Assembly (NCBI GenBank): GCA_963827275.1
Contig: CAWHAA010000010.1
Location: 64,001-128,000 of the forward strand
From: an uncultured Spirochaetota bacterium
GTDB taxonomy: Bacteria > Spirochaetota > UBA4802 > UBA5550
Reading direction: 5' to 3'
Length of the DNA stretch: 64,000 nt
Part shown: piece by piece, positions 45,362-55,509 of the stretch
Position numbering within the stretch: the stretch's first letter is position 1
Layout: every line of letters starts with the position of its first letter
The notes under the pieces: model-generated
The model's database searches: none
What the model was told of the DNA's origin: nothing
What the model saw: only the letters and a program-made list of their open reading frames with translations
Translations under genes and position numbers: made by a program

Positions 45362-45582
45362 GCCGTCTGCCCAAATCTTTTTGTGTTGAAGAATCTCAGG
45401 TGCCCGGGAGAGTTCTCCTGAAGCCAATTGTGACCCCCGGGCCTCTGCTGATGAGGTCACAGCTTCATATATATTAATATGTTGTAACGATTGATATATA
45501 AAATAATTTCAATCATCGGATTTCATCGCACTATTGTTATACCGGGTGACCTGCGATATCGGTACGATAAAGTTGAAATCGG

Positions 45583-47772
45583 CTATATTGCTATGTATTT
45601 ATTAGTGTCGATTCCGTACAGTTCGAAAAATATTTGATATAATTCGTATATGCTTCTTCTCGGATCATGTTTTTTTCTTACATCGCAGGCCGCGTTTTCT
45701 GAAATTGAGCCATACAATTCAGCGTTCTCGACTATTTCTCTTAAATGTTTTACCACACTCCCTTTTTCGGGTTCGGCCCATTCGCCTCCGGTATAAATTC
45801 CAGTCGGATCCTTGACGGGGACGATTTTATAATCCACCAGCAGGGAATTGCTGTTGTTGCAAATATCCATGCACCCTCCATAGGCAGTCGTAATTACCGG
45901 TTTGCCAAGGTACATGGATTCCAGGATGCCGAGTCCAAGCCCTTCCGACCGGTGAAGGGTGACATAGCAATCCGATGCATTCAATAATGAAATCCAATCA
46001 TTCCGCGACATGTTTTCATCTATCCAGATAATTTTTTTCCTGAGCCTTGCGGAATTAATGGCATCCCTGAATTCGCCGGACATGCTCTTGAACGATTCGG
46101 AATGCACGCTTTTAAGAACAAGCTTCACATTATCTTTGGAATCGAAAGCACTATCAAAGGCCTCGATGACCTGGATAGGATTTTTACGTATCATGGAACT
46201 GTGAAAATCAAAGCTGAAAATAAACACGAATTCCCCGGGTCCGATATTCAATTTATTTCTTACAATATCACGTTCGGTAATTCTGTTCCAGTTCGGATAA
46301 AACGGGTAGGTTATTTTACTTATCTTGATTTTCGAAAAAGGTTCTATTGAAGATTTTACAAAATCAGAACAAACCAGTATTCTGTCAACATAATTGAAGC
46401 TTTCCTTGAAGGGGAAATGGTTATTGACCTCCCACCACCACACGCCAATATTATATTTATTTTCAAAATATTCCGGGTATTTATTTGCCGCAATCGGTAC
46501 CTGATCGGCGTTAATGAAAGAAAGAGTTATATCCGACAGTGGCCGGGTATGTTTGAATCTTTTTAAATATGACAATTCACATTCCGGCACCTGGGCATGC
46601 CCCGGTTCTATTACGTCCAGCAGCGTGAAATAAATTCCGGATCTGCATAAAACTTTCAAGAAAGAGCGGGCCACTTCGGAAATACCCAGAGTATGTGAAA
46701 AGTAGCCCGCAATGTTTAACTTAATCATTTTGCTGAATTCAACATAATTGTTTAAAAGGCCGATGTAATCGGCCGAAGATCCGTGCGCGCCGGTATTGTC
46801 ATATGAATGTTTCCATAGGTTGAGAAAAATATTTTTCTTTTTTGAATATTTTTCGGGTTTCTTGCAGGAAATAACATTTTGATAATTAACGAACAATTTC
46901 TTTAAATCAGGCTTTTCTTCCAATGTAAATCTATTTTGATACTTCGATATGCTGTTTAAATTATCAAGCTGGATCCCGCTGAAATGGTAAAATACGATTT
47001 TTTCTCCATCAATTGTCCATGCATTATTCTCCAGTTTTATTTCTCTTTCATGCAGATTCCAATATGCAACATTGTACTTCTTGTTCTTAAGTATTTTTAC
47101 GTTTTCAAAATAAATCGGGACGAAATCGATCCATTTTTGATCGACAAACATCCCTCCTTCAAAATTAATATAGCAAAAATTGAACAGCCGCATTTTCCAC
47201 CATAAGATGAATTTTCTTGACTCTTCGCTATTACTGATTGCGATGAATCCCAGATTATAGATTCCTGTTTTAAGAATGTCCTGTTCCGACAGCCCTTTTG
47301 AATCCAGTGGCAATTCGGTTAAAATATGCGGAGTTAAAACTATATTATGATTGGTTAAATATTCATCAATTTCATCAATTGCCGATAAGACAATGATATC
47401 CGGATCAAGGTATACAATCTTTTCATACCCCCTGGCGATGAGGTAGTCAAAAACAAACGGTTTAAACGCGGTATTTAATTCAACTATGTTATATCTGCAG
47501 AGCATATCCTCAAGCTCGGCAAATTCAAAATGTTCTCTTATGCCATAAAGAGAAACCAATTCATATCCTTTTGCATATGCTTCAACGGCTTCGACTAGAT
47601 CGTTTATGTCTTCGAATATATCTGTAATATATATCATAAAATCCCAGTGGGGATTATGTTTCAGAAATGACTCGGCGAGCACCTTTCCGAAATGCAGATA
47701 GTTTTTCGACAGGATTGTATACGCGATGCGTTTTTTTTGATCCTGGAAATCAAGGAATAGTCTGTTTTTCAT
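45583..47772 (-). CDS. Two-domain glycosyltransferase (GT-A/GT8-like plus GT4)
   Basis: YLDPD, YNLGF, FVDQKW, YNVAYWNLHER; C-terminal HRSEGLGLGILESMYLGKPVI. Confidence 0.88.
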   Translation of the reverse strand: MKNRLFLDFQDQKKRIAYTILSKNYLHFGKVLAESFLKHNPHWDFMIYITDIFEDINDLVEAVEAYAKGYELVSLYGIREHFEFAELEDMLCRYNIVELNTAFKPFVFDYLIARGYEKIVYLDPDIIVLSAIDEIDEYLTNHNIVLTPHILTELPLDSKGLSEQDILKTGIYNLGFIAISNSEESRKFILWWKMRLFNFCYINFEGGMFVDQKWIDFVPIYFENVKILKNKKYNVAYWNLHEREIKLENNAWTIDGEKIVFYHFSGIQLDNLNSISKYQNRFTLEEKPDLKKLFVNYQNVISCKKPEKYSKKKNIFLNLWKHSYDNTGAHGSSADYIGLLNNYVEFSKMIKLNIAGYFSHTLGISEVARSFLKVLCRSGIYFTLLDVIEPGHAQVPECELSYLKRFKHTRPLSDITLSFINADQVPIAANKYPEYFENKYNIGVWWWEVNNHFPFKESFNYVDRILVCSDFVKSSIEPFSKIKISKITYPFYPNWNRITERDIVRNKLNIGPGEFVFIFSFDFHSSMIRKNPIQVIEAFDSAFDSKDNVKLVLKSVHSESFKSMSGEFRDAINSARLRKKIIWIDENMSRNDWISLLNASDCYVTLHRSEGLGLGILESMYLGKPVITTAYGGCMDICNNSNSLLVDYKIVPVKDPTGIYTGGEWAEPEKGSVVKHLREIVENAELYGSISENAACDVRKKHDPRRSIYELYQIFFELYGIDTNKYIAI

Positions 47773-47879
47773 CCACCCCCCCTGGGCCAGATAAAATCAT
47801 ACGATTAAAATATAATAATATAAAACCTGTTCCCATATAATCAAACCGGCTGTTTCGGTATATGGTGCATCCGCCATGG

Positions 47880-49499
47880 TCATGGTTTGTACGCAATTAT
47901 TGAGTAATCCAGTTCCATGTTGAAAAGTTTTAAAAGAGGACCTGGCATATCTTCCATTTGATTTGGCATGTCGGGCGGATGCAGTCGAATTATTTCAATA
48001 TTGCCGAATCCTCTTGCTTCAGCTATGAACTTCAGGGTATTGGGAGGAATCGGATTTTTATGTGTCGGATCTGCATAGAAATTACAGGAACCCACCAGTA
48101 AATTTTCAGGATTGGGAGTCTCAAGAATAAGCATTCCTCCTGATTTGAGAATGCGTACGCATTCGTCGAGCAGTGAAATTATTGATTCAAATTGTAAATG
48201 TTCAATAATGTGAAATCCGGTAATTACGCCGAAGCTGTTTTCATTTTGATTGCGCAAATAGCCAATGGCATCGGTCTCAACAACGGAAAGGCCCCGGTCC
48301 ATGCATTCACTTATCATCAAGGTATTGGAGTCTATGCCTGTTGCAGTAAAATTGTTTTCCTTAAGCAGCTCCAGCCATTCGCCCCGTCCGCATCCTATGT
48401 CGAGGATCGGCCATTGCATTGAATAGTTTTCACGCGCCGGCAGATACGGTATATACGCCTGCGCCCGATTTTTAATAACTTCCCGGGTTCCCCTGAACCG
48501 GTCCTCGAAAGACACATACAACGCGTCATAGAGATGATTTTTTTCTTCCAGGATATTTGAAATTTGCTCTGGTGAAAAAGGCTCCGGCATTCTCTTGCTC
48601 GCCTCTTCCAGCAAAAGAGCATGCCTTCGCTGCTGGTCCAGTACGTTGCGTTTTTGATCCAATATTTCAGATTTTGTTTCCGATAATTCCTGGTTGAGTT
48701 TGATGAGTTCATTCTGCAATAATTGCTTTTCTTCCCTTAAGGATAATAACATGTCTTTTAAGGATATGATCTCATCTCCAATCATTTTAAAATTCAATTC
48801 CTGATATACTGCTTTTTCATTGAAGGTCATTTTAATTTGAATAGCATCGTGTGCCACTTTCGTGTTTAGACGATCCAGTTTGCTATGCAATTTCGGGAGC
48901 TGTACCGCTATTATAAATAATCGGGCGCAATATCCCAGGAACGGCACCATCAGTGCCTTGTTTATGAGAAACCGCCTTCTCAATCCTTTTATGTTAATGC
49001 CATGTTCTATTCCTTCCTCTGTGTAAAACCTGATTCCGGCAAGAATATCGATTTTTGTTTTTGAACCGTCTCTTAGATGCTTGAGATACCCCTGGGAGCC
49101 TATTGGGTCAGGGTCGCGTTCAAGCAGCACCCGGTATGACTGAACAATAAATTCCTCGTCGTGATATGCCAGTAATGTTTTGAGTGTGTTGGCGGTGCGG
49201 TTGTTTTTTGTGATTTTATTGATAATCCCGGAATAAAGAAGGTTGTATGTGTTATTCATTCGCAATACATGGTTGAATTTCTCAAGGGTATGCCAGATAA
49301 AGGTGCTTTTTATTGCAGAGAAATTAAAGGGAGAGTCCTGTGAATTTGGCGACGGTGTTTCGCTGATGGAATTCACTCCATCCTGAATATTTTTACAAAT
49401 TTTTAATGGAGTATAATTTTTTGTCCTCAGGGCTGCATCGAGTCGCAACTTTTTCAGAACGCTTTCGATTTTGCTGTCATCTGTTAAATATCCGAACAT
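47880..49499 (-). CDS. DUF4214-like / coiled-coil / SAM methyltransferase (glycan chain terminator-like)
   Basis: YRVLLERDPDPIG, long coiled coil, FEDRFRG, LDIGCGRGEWL, FHIIEHL, ETPNP, DPTH. Confidence 0.85.
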   Translation of the reverse strand: MFGYLTDDSKIESVLKKLRLDAALRTKNYTPLKICKNIQDGVNSISETPSPNSQDSPFNFSAIKSTFIWHTLEKFNHVLRMNNTYNLLYSGIINKITKNNRTANTLKTLLAYHDEEFIVQSYRVLLERDPDPIGSQGYLKHLRDGSKTKIDILAGIRFYTEEGIEHGINIKGLRRRFLINKALMVPFLGYCARLFIIAVQLPKLHSKLDRLNTKVAHDAIQIKMTFNEKAVYQELNFKMIGDEIISLKDMLLSLREEKQLLQNELIKLNQELSETKSEILDQKRNVLDQQRRHALLLEEASKRMPEPFSPEQISNILEEKNHLYDALYVSFEDRFRGTREVIKNRAQAYIPYLPARENYSMQWPILDIGCGRGEWLELLKENNFTATGIDSNTLMISECMDRGLSVVETDAIGYLRNQNENSFGVITGFHIIEHLQFESIISLLDECVRILKSGGMLILETPNPENLLVGSCNFYADPTHKNPIPPNTLKFIAEARGFGNIEIIRLHPPDMPNQMEDMPGPLLKLFNMELDYSIIAYKP

Positions 49500-49529
49500 A
49501 ATACACCACCACTCTTCAACTTTTACACA

Positions 49530-50741
49530 TTAATTTACATCACTCATTTCTTCGAAAAACACCGAGGGGTACATTTTGCTTACTCCGATAAAGAATTCCC
49601 CGACATTGCCCGCAACTTCAAAACCGGTATAATTATCACACCAATCGATGCAATGATCTATATGCGCGGGGCCCGTATGAAGAGCTATGGATAACGTATA
49701 TTTTCCGACGCCAATATTCATATGCATCGAATACACGCACCGGTAATGCTTTCCCTTGAGCATGAATATTTCTTTTTTATAATAATGAGTATTTGTGCCG
49801 TAGATGTCACGGCCGAATACATCGTTAATTTTTATCCCGGCTGATACATTTGGAAGGTCTTCATATGATTCAATGTCGATAATTATGCTGGTTTTTTCGC
49901 CGGAGCTGATAATGTTTGATCCTGATTTCTCACCTTGAATGGTGATTTTCTTAATTCTTGCCTCGTGAGTGCCATAGGATTGATTCGTATCGCATTTTGT
50001 CTTATTTTTTGCGTCTGGTTCCGGATTTCCTGCGATTAGGAAATTATATCTATTCACCACATCTTCCGGATTTCCTTTTATGGCAATTCTTCCATGATCA
50101 AGCAGCATCGCGCTGTCGCAAAGTACCTTTATGGCATTCAAGTCGTGTGAAACAAAGATAATTGAACCGCCGCTGTTTTTGAATTCGTCGATTTTTTTTA
50201 CGCATTTTTGCTGGAATCTCGCATCGCCAACCGACAGGGCTTCATCCACCAGAAAACATCCGGGATTGGCATGAATGGCGATTGAAAACGCGAGCCTCAT
50301 TACCATCCCCGATGAATAGGTCTTGATCGCTTCATAAATAAATTCGCCCAGCTCTGTAAAATCGATTATCCGGTCTTTTATCCTGTCAATTTCTCCCCGT
50401 GACATGCCCAGAAGCAGGCCATTCATGTATATATTTTCGATCCCGCTCATTTCGAAATTAAAACCGGTGCCCAGCTCCAGGAGGCAGGTAATTTTTCCAT
50501 CGACATGAAGTGAACCGGTGTCCGGAAGATATATTCCAGTCATGATTTTCAATAACGTGGATTTGCCAGCCCCGTTTTCACCGATAACGCCGAGTATCAT
50601 GCCATTTCCCACCTCGAATGAGACGTCTCTGAGGGCCCAGAACTCCGTATGATGTGATTTACGGAAGAATAATTCCTTCAGCCGGTCAGCTGGCGACCTG
50701 TATAATTTAAATTTCTTTGAAACCGAATCAACCCGGATCAT
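49530..50741 (-). CDS. wzt: Polysaccharide ABC transporter ATP-binding protein with Wzt_C domain
   Basis: GENGAGKST, YSSGM, DEALSVGD, VSHD, C-terminal extension of about 160 aa. Confidence 0.92.
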   Translation of the reverse strand: MIRVDSVSKKFKLYRSPADRLKELFFRKSHHTEFWALRDVSFEVGNGMILGVIGENGAGKSTLLKIMTGIYLPDTGSLHVDGKITCLLELGTGFNFEMSGIENIYMNGLLLGMSRGEIDRIKDRIIDFTELGEFIYEAIKTYSSGMVMRLAFSIAIHANPGCFLVDEALSVGDARFQQKCVKKIDEFKNSGGSIIFVSHDLNAIKVLCDSAMLLDHGRIAIKGNPEDVVNRYNFLIAGNPEPDAKNKTKCDTNQSYGTHEARIKKITIQGEKSGSNIISSGEKTSIIIDIESYEDLPNVSAGIKINDVFGRDIYGTNTHYYKKEIFMLKGKHYRCVYSMHMNIGVGKYTLSIALHTGPAHIDHCIDWCDNYTGFEVAGNVGEFFIGVSKMYPSVFFEEMSDVN

Positions 50742-50913
50742 TCGGCTAACCCCTGAAATAAATATGCACAGATAAAAATCAGACAGAAATAAATGCAGCT
50801 GGCGATGATATGCCAGATGCCGCTGTATTTCCCATGCGCATATTTTTTTATTAAAAACTGCAGCAATGAGAAAACAAGTGTAACGATCACTACGCATAGT
50901 ATAAGTGTCTTGA

Positions 50914-51684
50914 TCATATGAAATCACGGATATCTTTTTCGAGTTTTTTGAAAATTACGTATGCAAATAATAAAATAACATGCCCCATAATGGCAAGTAT
51001 GATCAAATTTATGAAATCAGGGTATTTTGAGTAGACAAAAATATCGTGATATGCGGACACGAAATAATATGCCGGGTTGAATTTATTAAGCGTCTTCATG
51101 AAATCTGGTACGATATCAATTACATACACAACAGGCGTCAGCCAGAACCAGACCTGGAGAATGATATTGATGATTTCCTTGAAATCCCTGAAAAACACGA
51201 CAAGTATGCTGAAAAAAAATCCGGCGGCATAGGCAAATATCTGCTGGACCAGATAAATAAACGGCAGAAATATTATTGATTCGGATATTGGGTTGCCGGT
51301 AAGAATTAAAAAAATAAAGTATATAAAATAGGTGATGCTGAATGTGATTGTTTCTGAAAGCACCACATACAGCAGAAGAGAGGGCATCGCCAATCGTACC
51401 TTCGATATTATGCTTTTTTTATCCAGAAATACGGTGGATGAGCGGAGTATGGTGTTTACAAAAGCGGTCCAGGGGACAATGCCGGATACAAGGTATACGA
51501 CATACGGCAAACCGCTGCTTGTCCCCGGGCGTATTTTTGCTCCCATGATATTTGAGAAGACCACCGTATAAATGAGTATCATTACCAGCGGCCAGATGAA
51601 AGCCCAGAAAACACCGAGAATTGAACCGGCATACCGTTCAATAAAATCTCTTTTTGTAAATTCATAAAGCAAACGAATATTCAT
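50914..51684 (-). CDS. wzm: Polysaccharide ABC transporter permease
   Basis: RYAGSILGVFW, FRD, WLTPVVY, NP; six TM segments. Confidence 0.92.
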   Translation of the reverse strand: MNIRLLYEFTKRDFIERYAGSILGVFWAFIWPLVMILIYTVVFSNIMGAKIRPGTSSGLPYVVYLVSGIVPWTAFVNTILRSSTVFLDKKSIISKVRLAMPSLLLYVVLSETITFSITYFIYFIFLILTGNPISESIIFLPFIYLVQQIFAYAAGFFFSILVVFFRDFKEIINIILQVWFWLTPVVYVIDIVPDFMKTLNKFNPAYYFVSAYHDIFVYSKYPDFINLIILAIMGHVILLFAYVIFKKLEKDIRDFI

Positions 51685-52156
51685 GCGCCAACTTGCACCT
51701 ATCTGCCGTATTCTTCATCGAAATCTGTTTGATATTTTGCCCGGAATAATATTTTTTATTCAAAGGAATATATCACCCCCTATTTATTTCGGGGTTAAAT
51801 TCGGCAGTCCAATTTCCCATTTATTCTTGATTACAAGGAGGGGATTTTATTTGTCAATCAAAGATATAAATAACCACAAAAAATGCTGTATTTTTGCGTA
51901 TCACACCATGCCTTTTACAATGATACTATCAGTTACATTATGAATCAGTTTGATGTAAATATTCTGGCAATACACGCAATCGGATAAAACATGTACAAAT
52001 GTCTATTTTGTATATTGATAATTTGATGATTGAAATGGAAATATAACAGAGAAAGAGCAGTTCTATGTAATCACTGTTATTTATTCGATGAATTGATCAT
52101 GCTCAATGGGTGTTAATGATCGTAATCCAGATCCAACGTAAAAAATCCCGCCTGTA

Positions 52157-53878
52157 CTATTTGGATAATTGGCTCTTTGGGTTATTCAACAGCACCATGC
52201 TCTGGGCACGTTCAACAAATTCCAGTATCACCAGGGATGGACGTTTTTTTTCAATTATTGATGTATCGAAACCGCCAAGAACTCTCAATTCATGTATTTC
52301 TTTAATATCATTTTTTAGATAGTCAACCAGAAGCTCTCCAAAACTGTCATGAAAAAATATTGCATTTTTAATTTTTGATCGTTCTTCGTGAACTGATGAT
52401 TTTACGGGTTGAAGAAAGACTTCTTTTTCAAATTGATAGCCGGGCAATAACATCAATCGACTCAGATCAGGTATAAATGTTTTGTTTTCCAAAGAAACAA
52501 TCTGATAATTATCTATTGAATCAGGTTTAATAGAGGGAAATAGATTCGATATATATCGTTTAAGTTTAAAGTAGGCAATTAACGCTCCATATCCATTCCA
52601 ATGCGTATCTAATTTATAAAATAATGGAAATTTCGATTTTGCATTGATAAGATCATTTCTGACATCAATTATTTCAACATCAGAATTTTTCTTCATGTAC
52701 TCAACAAGCTGATCGAGCCTGGTAACGGGGAGAACTCTTTTAAAATTGTCAGGAAGATATTCCGGATAAATGGTTTCCTTGTTCGGTGCAATCAAAACTA
52801 GATACGGTATTCCTTTTTCACGAAGATAATTTCTTTGATATTCAAGATTCACTTTTATTTTTTCCAGTTCTTCTTGAGAATATGGAGAGAGGCCCATCCA
52901 ATCTTTAAAAGAATTCATTTTAGCTGAATATTTTTCTGAATAAAAGAACGACCAGCCGCTTTTACCGACAACAACATAGGAGACCGGTGATATTCCGAGA
53001 AAATGATATTTTAAAAGGCTGTTGCAAAGGATGAGGTGGTTCCTCATGCTGAAATTGTCTAAAAAATAATTTTCATATTTTCTAAAAAAATATTGAATTT
53101 TTTTGACTTCAAAATTTGGTTTAATGGCCAATGTACGGAATTCTGGATTTACAAGCTCCTTGATAAAATGAAAACCCATGTTTGTCATCGGCAGGGCAAT
53201 CATTATGAAAAATAGAACAGCAAATGATGAATTAATTACATTCACGGCTTTATTGTTGATAATTATCCAGTGTATGAAAAAGCCAGCTCCAAAACAAATC
53301 ATGAAAGTGAAAAATATGAGACTCAATTTTATCATTACCCTGTATGACAGGGGCATCATTCGGTATATTTTTCCAAAATCATTAAATGACAATTGGGGAT
53401 CTAATTTCGTTGATTTGATATATACCAGCCCATCCTTTTCAACGAATTGATCAAGTGCTTGATTGGATTTGAAATCCCTGATAATGTCACGTGAATTCCA
53501 TGTGTGTATCGAAAATACCAGGAATTTCAATGAAATTGACTTGATGATCTCTTCACCCGGCCCGGTCATTGGATCCAACCTGATTTTTCTTATGGTGCAA
53601 AAAAATGGCAGGTTAAAGCTGATTGCACCATTCATGTTATCATGGTAGCTCACTAATATCTTTTCAGAATCGGTTTCATTGATTTCATTTCCAATATCGA
53701 AGAAAAACTGAAATTCTTCTTGTTTTATAATTTTTCGTAATTCAATTTCCAGTGAAGTAATCGGTACATTATGGGATAATATGGCGTTGGAAGCCATAAC
53801 AAAAATCGCGAAAAGGATTATATATGCTCCCCGGATAATGTTTCTTTGCGTTACATACTCAATAAACAATTTTTTCAT
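52157..53878 (-). CDS. AlgJ/AlgX-like SGNH O-acetyltransferase with an N-terminal extracytoplasmic domain
   Basis: GKSGWSF, IAPNKETIYPEYLP, KLDTHWN, HDSFG, EFVER. Confidence 0.85.
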   Translation of the reverse strand: MKKLFIEYVTQRNIIRGAYIILFAIFVMASNAILSHNVPITSLEIELRKIIKQEEFQFFFDIGNEINETDSEKILVSYHDNMNGAISFNLPFFCTIRKIRLDPMTGPGEEIIKSISLKFLVFSIHTWNSRDIIRDFKSNQALDQFVEKDGLVYIKSTKLDPQLSFNDFGKIYRMMPLSYRVMIKLSLIFFTFMICFGAGFFIHWIIINNKAVNVINSSFAVLFFIMIALPMTNMGFHFIKELVNPEFRTLAIKPNFEVKKIQYFFRKYENYFLDNFSMRNHLILCNSLLKYHFLGISPVSYVVVGKSGWSFFYSEKYSAKMNSFKDWMGLSPYSQEELEKIKVNLEYQRNYLREKGIPYLVLIAPNKETIYPEYLPDNFKRVLPVTRLDQLVEYMKKNSDVEIIDVRNDLINAKSKFPLFYKLDTHWNGYGALIAYFKLKRYISNLFPSIKPDSIDNYQIVSLENKTFIPDLSRLMLLPGYQFEKEVFLQPVKSSVHEERSKIKNAIFFHDSFGELLVDYLKNDIKEIHELRVLGGFDTSIIEKKRPSLVILEFVERAQSMVLLNNPKSQLSK

Positions 53879-53923
53879 GAAATTCAATGTTCTTACCTGC
53901 AATAACCGGACAACCGGAAATAA

Positions 53924-55370
53924 TTAAAACTTAAAATAAAGAAAAGGATGATAGGTGACGCTTGCCACCTGGATTACGCACAGGAATAATATGACAAGGA
54001 TAATTATATTGTATCCGATATGGACAAATAGTCCTGGCACCCTTGAATAACCGATATCAGTCTTCAATAGCAGATTGTTGATTATACTTCTTAAAAAAGG
54101 AAACAGTGAGGTTGAAAATACGATTCCAAGAATATATGCTATTATAATATTATTATCTATGAACATTCCGGCATAATAATGGTCGCTCCCGTGCGACAGC
54201 CCGGCCATGGTTTTGATGTATTGAACGGCGGATGTCAGCGATTCGGAGCGGAAAAAAACCCATCCCAGCGTGATAATGAGGATCGCATATACGTGCCGGA
54301 GTGGAGACCATAGGGAATAGATAAATTTTCCCAGGTTTGCTCCTCTCTATAATAAGAAATGTGCCATGCCAGAGTCCCCATATCGCAAAGCACCAGCTCG
54401 CACCATGCCATAATCCGCAGAGGAAAAAAACGATGAGCAGATTAATATACATCCTTGCCGGGCCGACCCTGTTGCCGCCGAGCGGAATATACAGGTAGTC
54501 CTTGAACCATGTGGAAAGTGATATATGCCATCGCTGCCAGAAATCCCTGATAGATTTTGACATATAGGGATAATTGAAGTTCTCCATAAAGCGAAATCCG
54601 AACATGCGGCCCAGCCCTATTGCCATATCAGTGTATCCGGAAAAATCAAAATATAACTGGATGGTATACCCGATGGCGCCCAGCCATGCCGCGGACATCG
54701 TTAAATCGTGAACATTTACCTTGAATATCTCATCCACAACAGGAGCAATCGTGTCGGCGATCAGGACCTTTTTCCCCAACCCTATGATGAACCGTTGAAT
54801 GCCGCCGGCTAACGTTCCGGAATCAATTTTTCTTTCTTTGAACTGGTCCGATACGTCGGGGTACCGGCTTATAGGGCCCGCCATCAATTGCGGAAAAAGC
54901 GATATATATAGTCCGACATTGACTATATTGTTATCAGCAACAATTTTTTTTCTGTAGACATCAATAATATATGACAATGCCTTGAATGTGAAAAATGATA
55001 TTCCTATGGGGAGATGATATTTCGGTATGGTGATGGTGTCGAAGCTGAGTATGGAAACAATAAAGTGCGTGTATTTGATAAATATGAGCATCCCGAGATT
55101 CGCAATTATGGCGAGGATTGTAATCGCTTTTCTTTTCTGCACGCCGGCAGTCGTATCGGTGTTATTATAATAGCTTATCCGCCGCGCGAAAAAATAGTTA
55201 AACAGTATAGAGATCATGATAATGAGAACATAATAATCCTCACCGCAGGCGTAAAAGAAAATGCTTATAACCAGAAGTAGCACGTTTCTCCATTGCTGCT
55301 TTGAGGTAAAATATATCAAAAGTACAGCCGGTAAAAACAGAAACAGGAAAATCGGGGAAGTGAATATCAT
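53924..55370 (-). CDS. algI: AlgI-like MBOAT O-acetyltransferase (frameshift near 54328)
   Basis: LPIGISFFTF, FPQLMAGPI, YFDFSGYTDMAIG, FWQRWHISLS, GLWHGA; C-terminal PFLYFKF lies in a second frame. Confidence 0.88.
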
Positions 55371-55509
55371 ATGATCTTGAATTTTTCTCCTGATAAAAAA
55401 TCAGCTGATTTGCTTCAAACCCAGTTATAATGAAACAAATGAGCCGTTGCTACCATTGAAAAGTAAATGGAAAATAATCATTAATAGCTGGTGTGCGGAT
55501 GATTCAGTT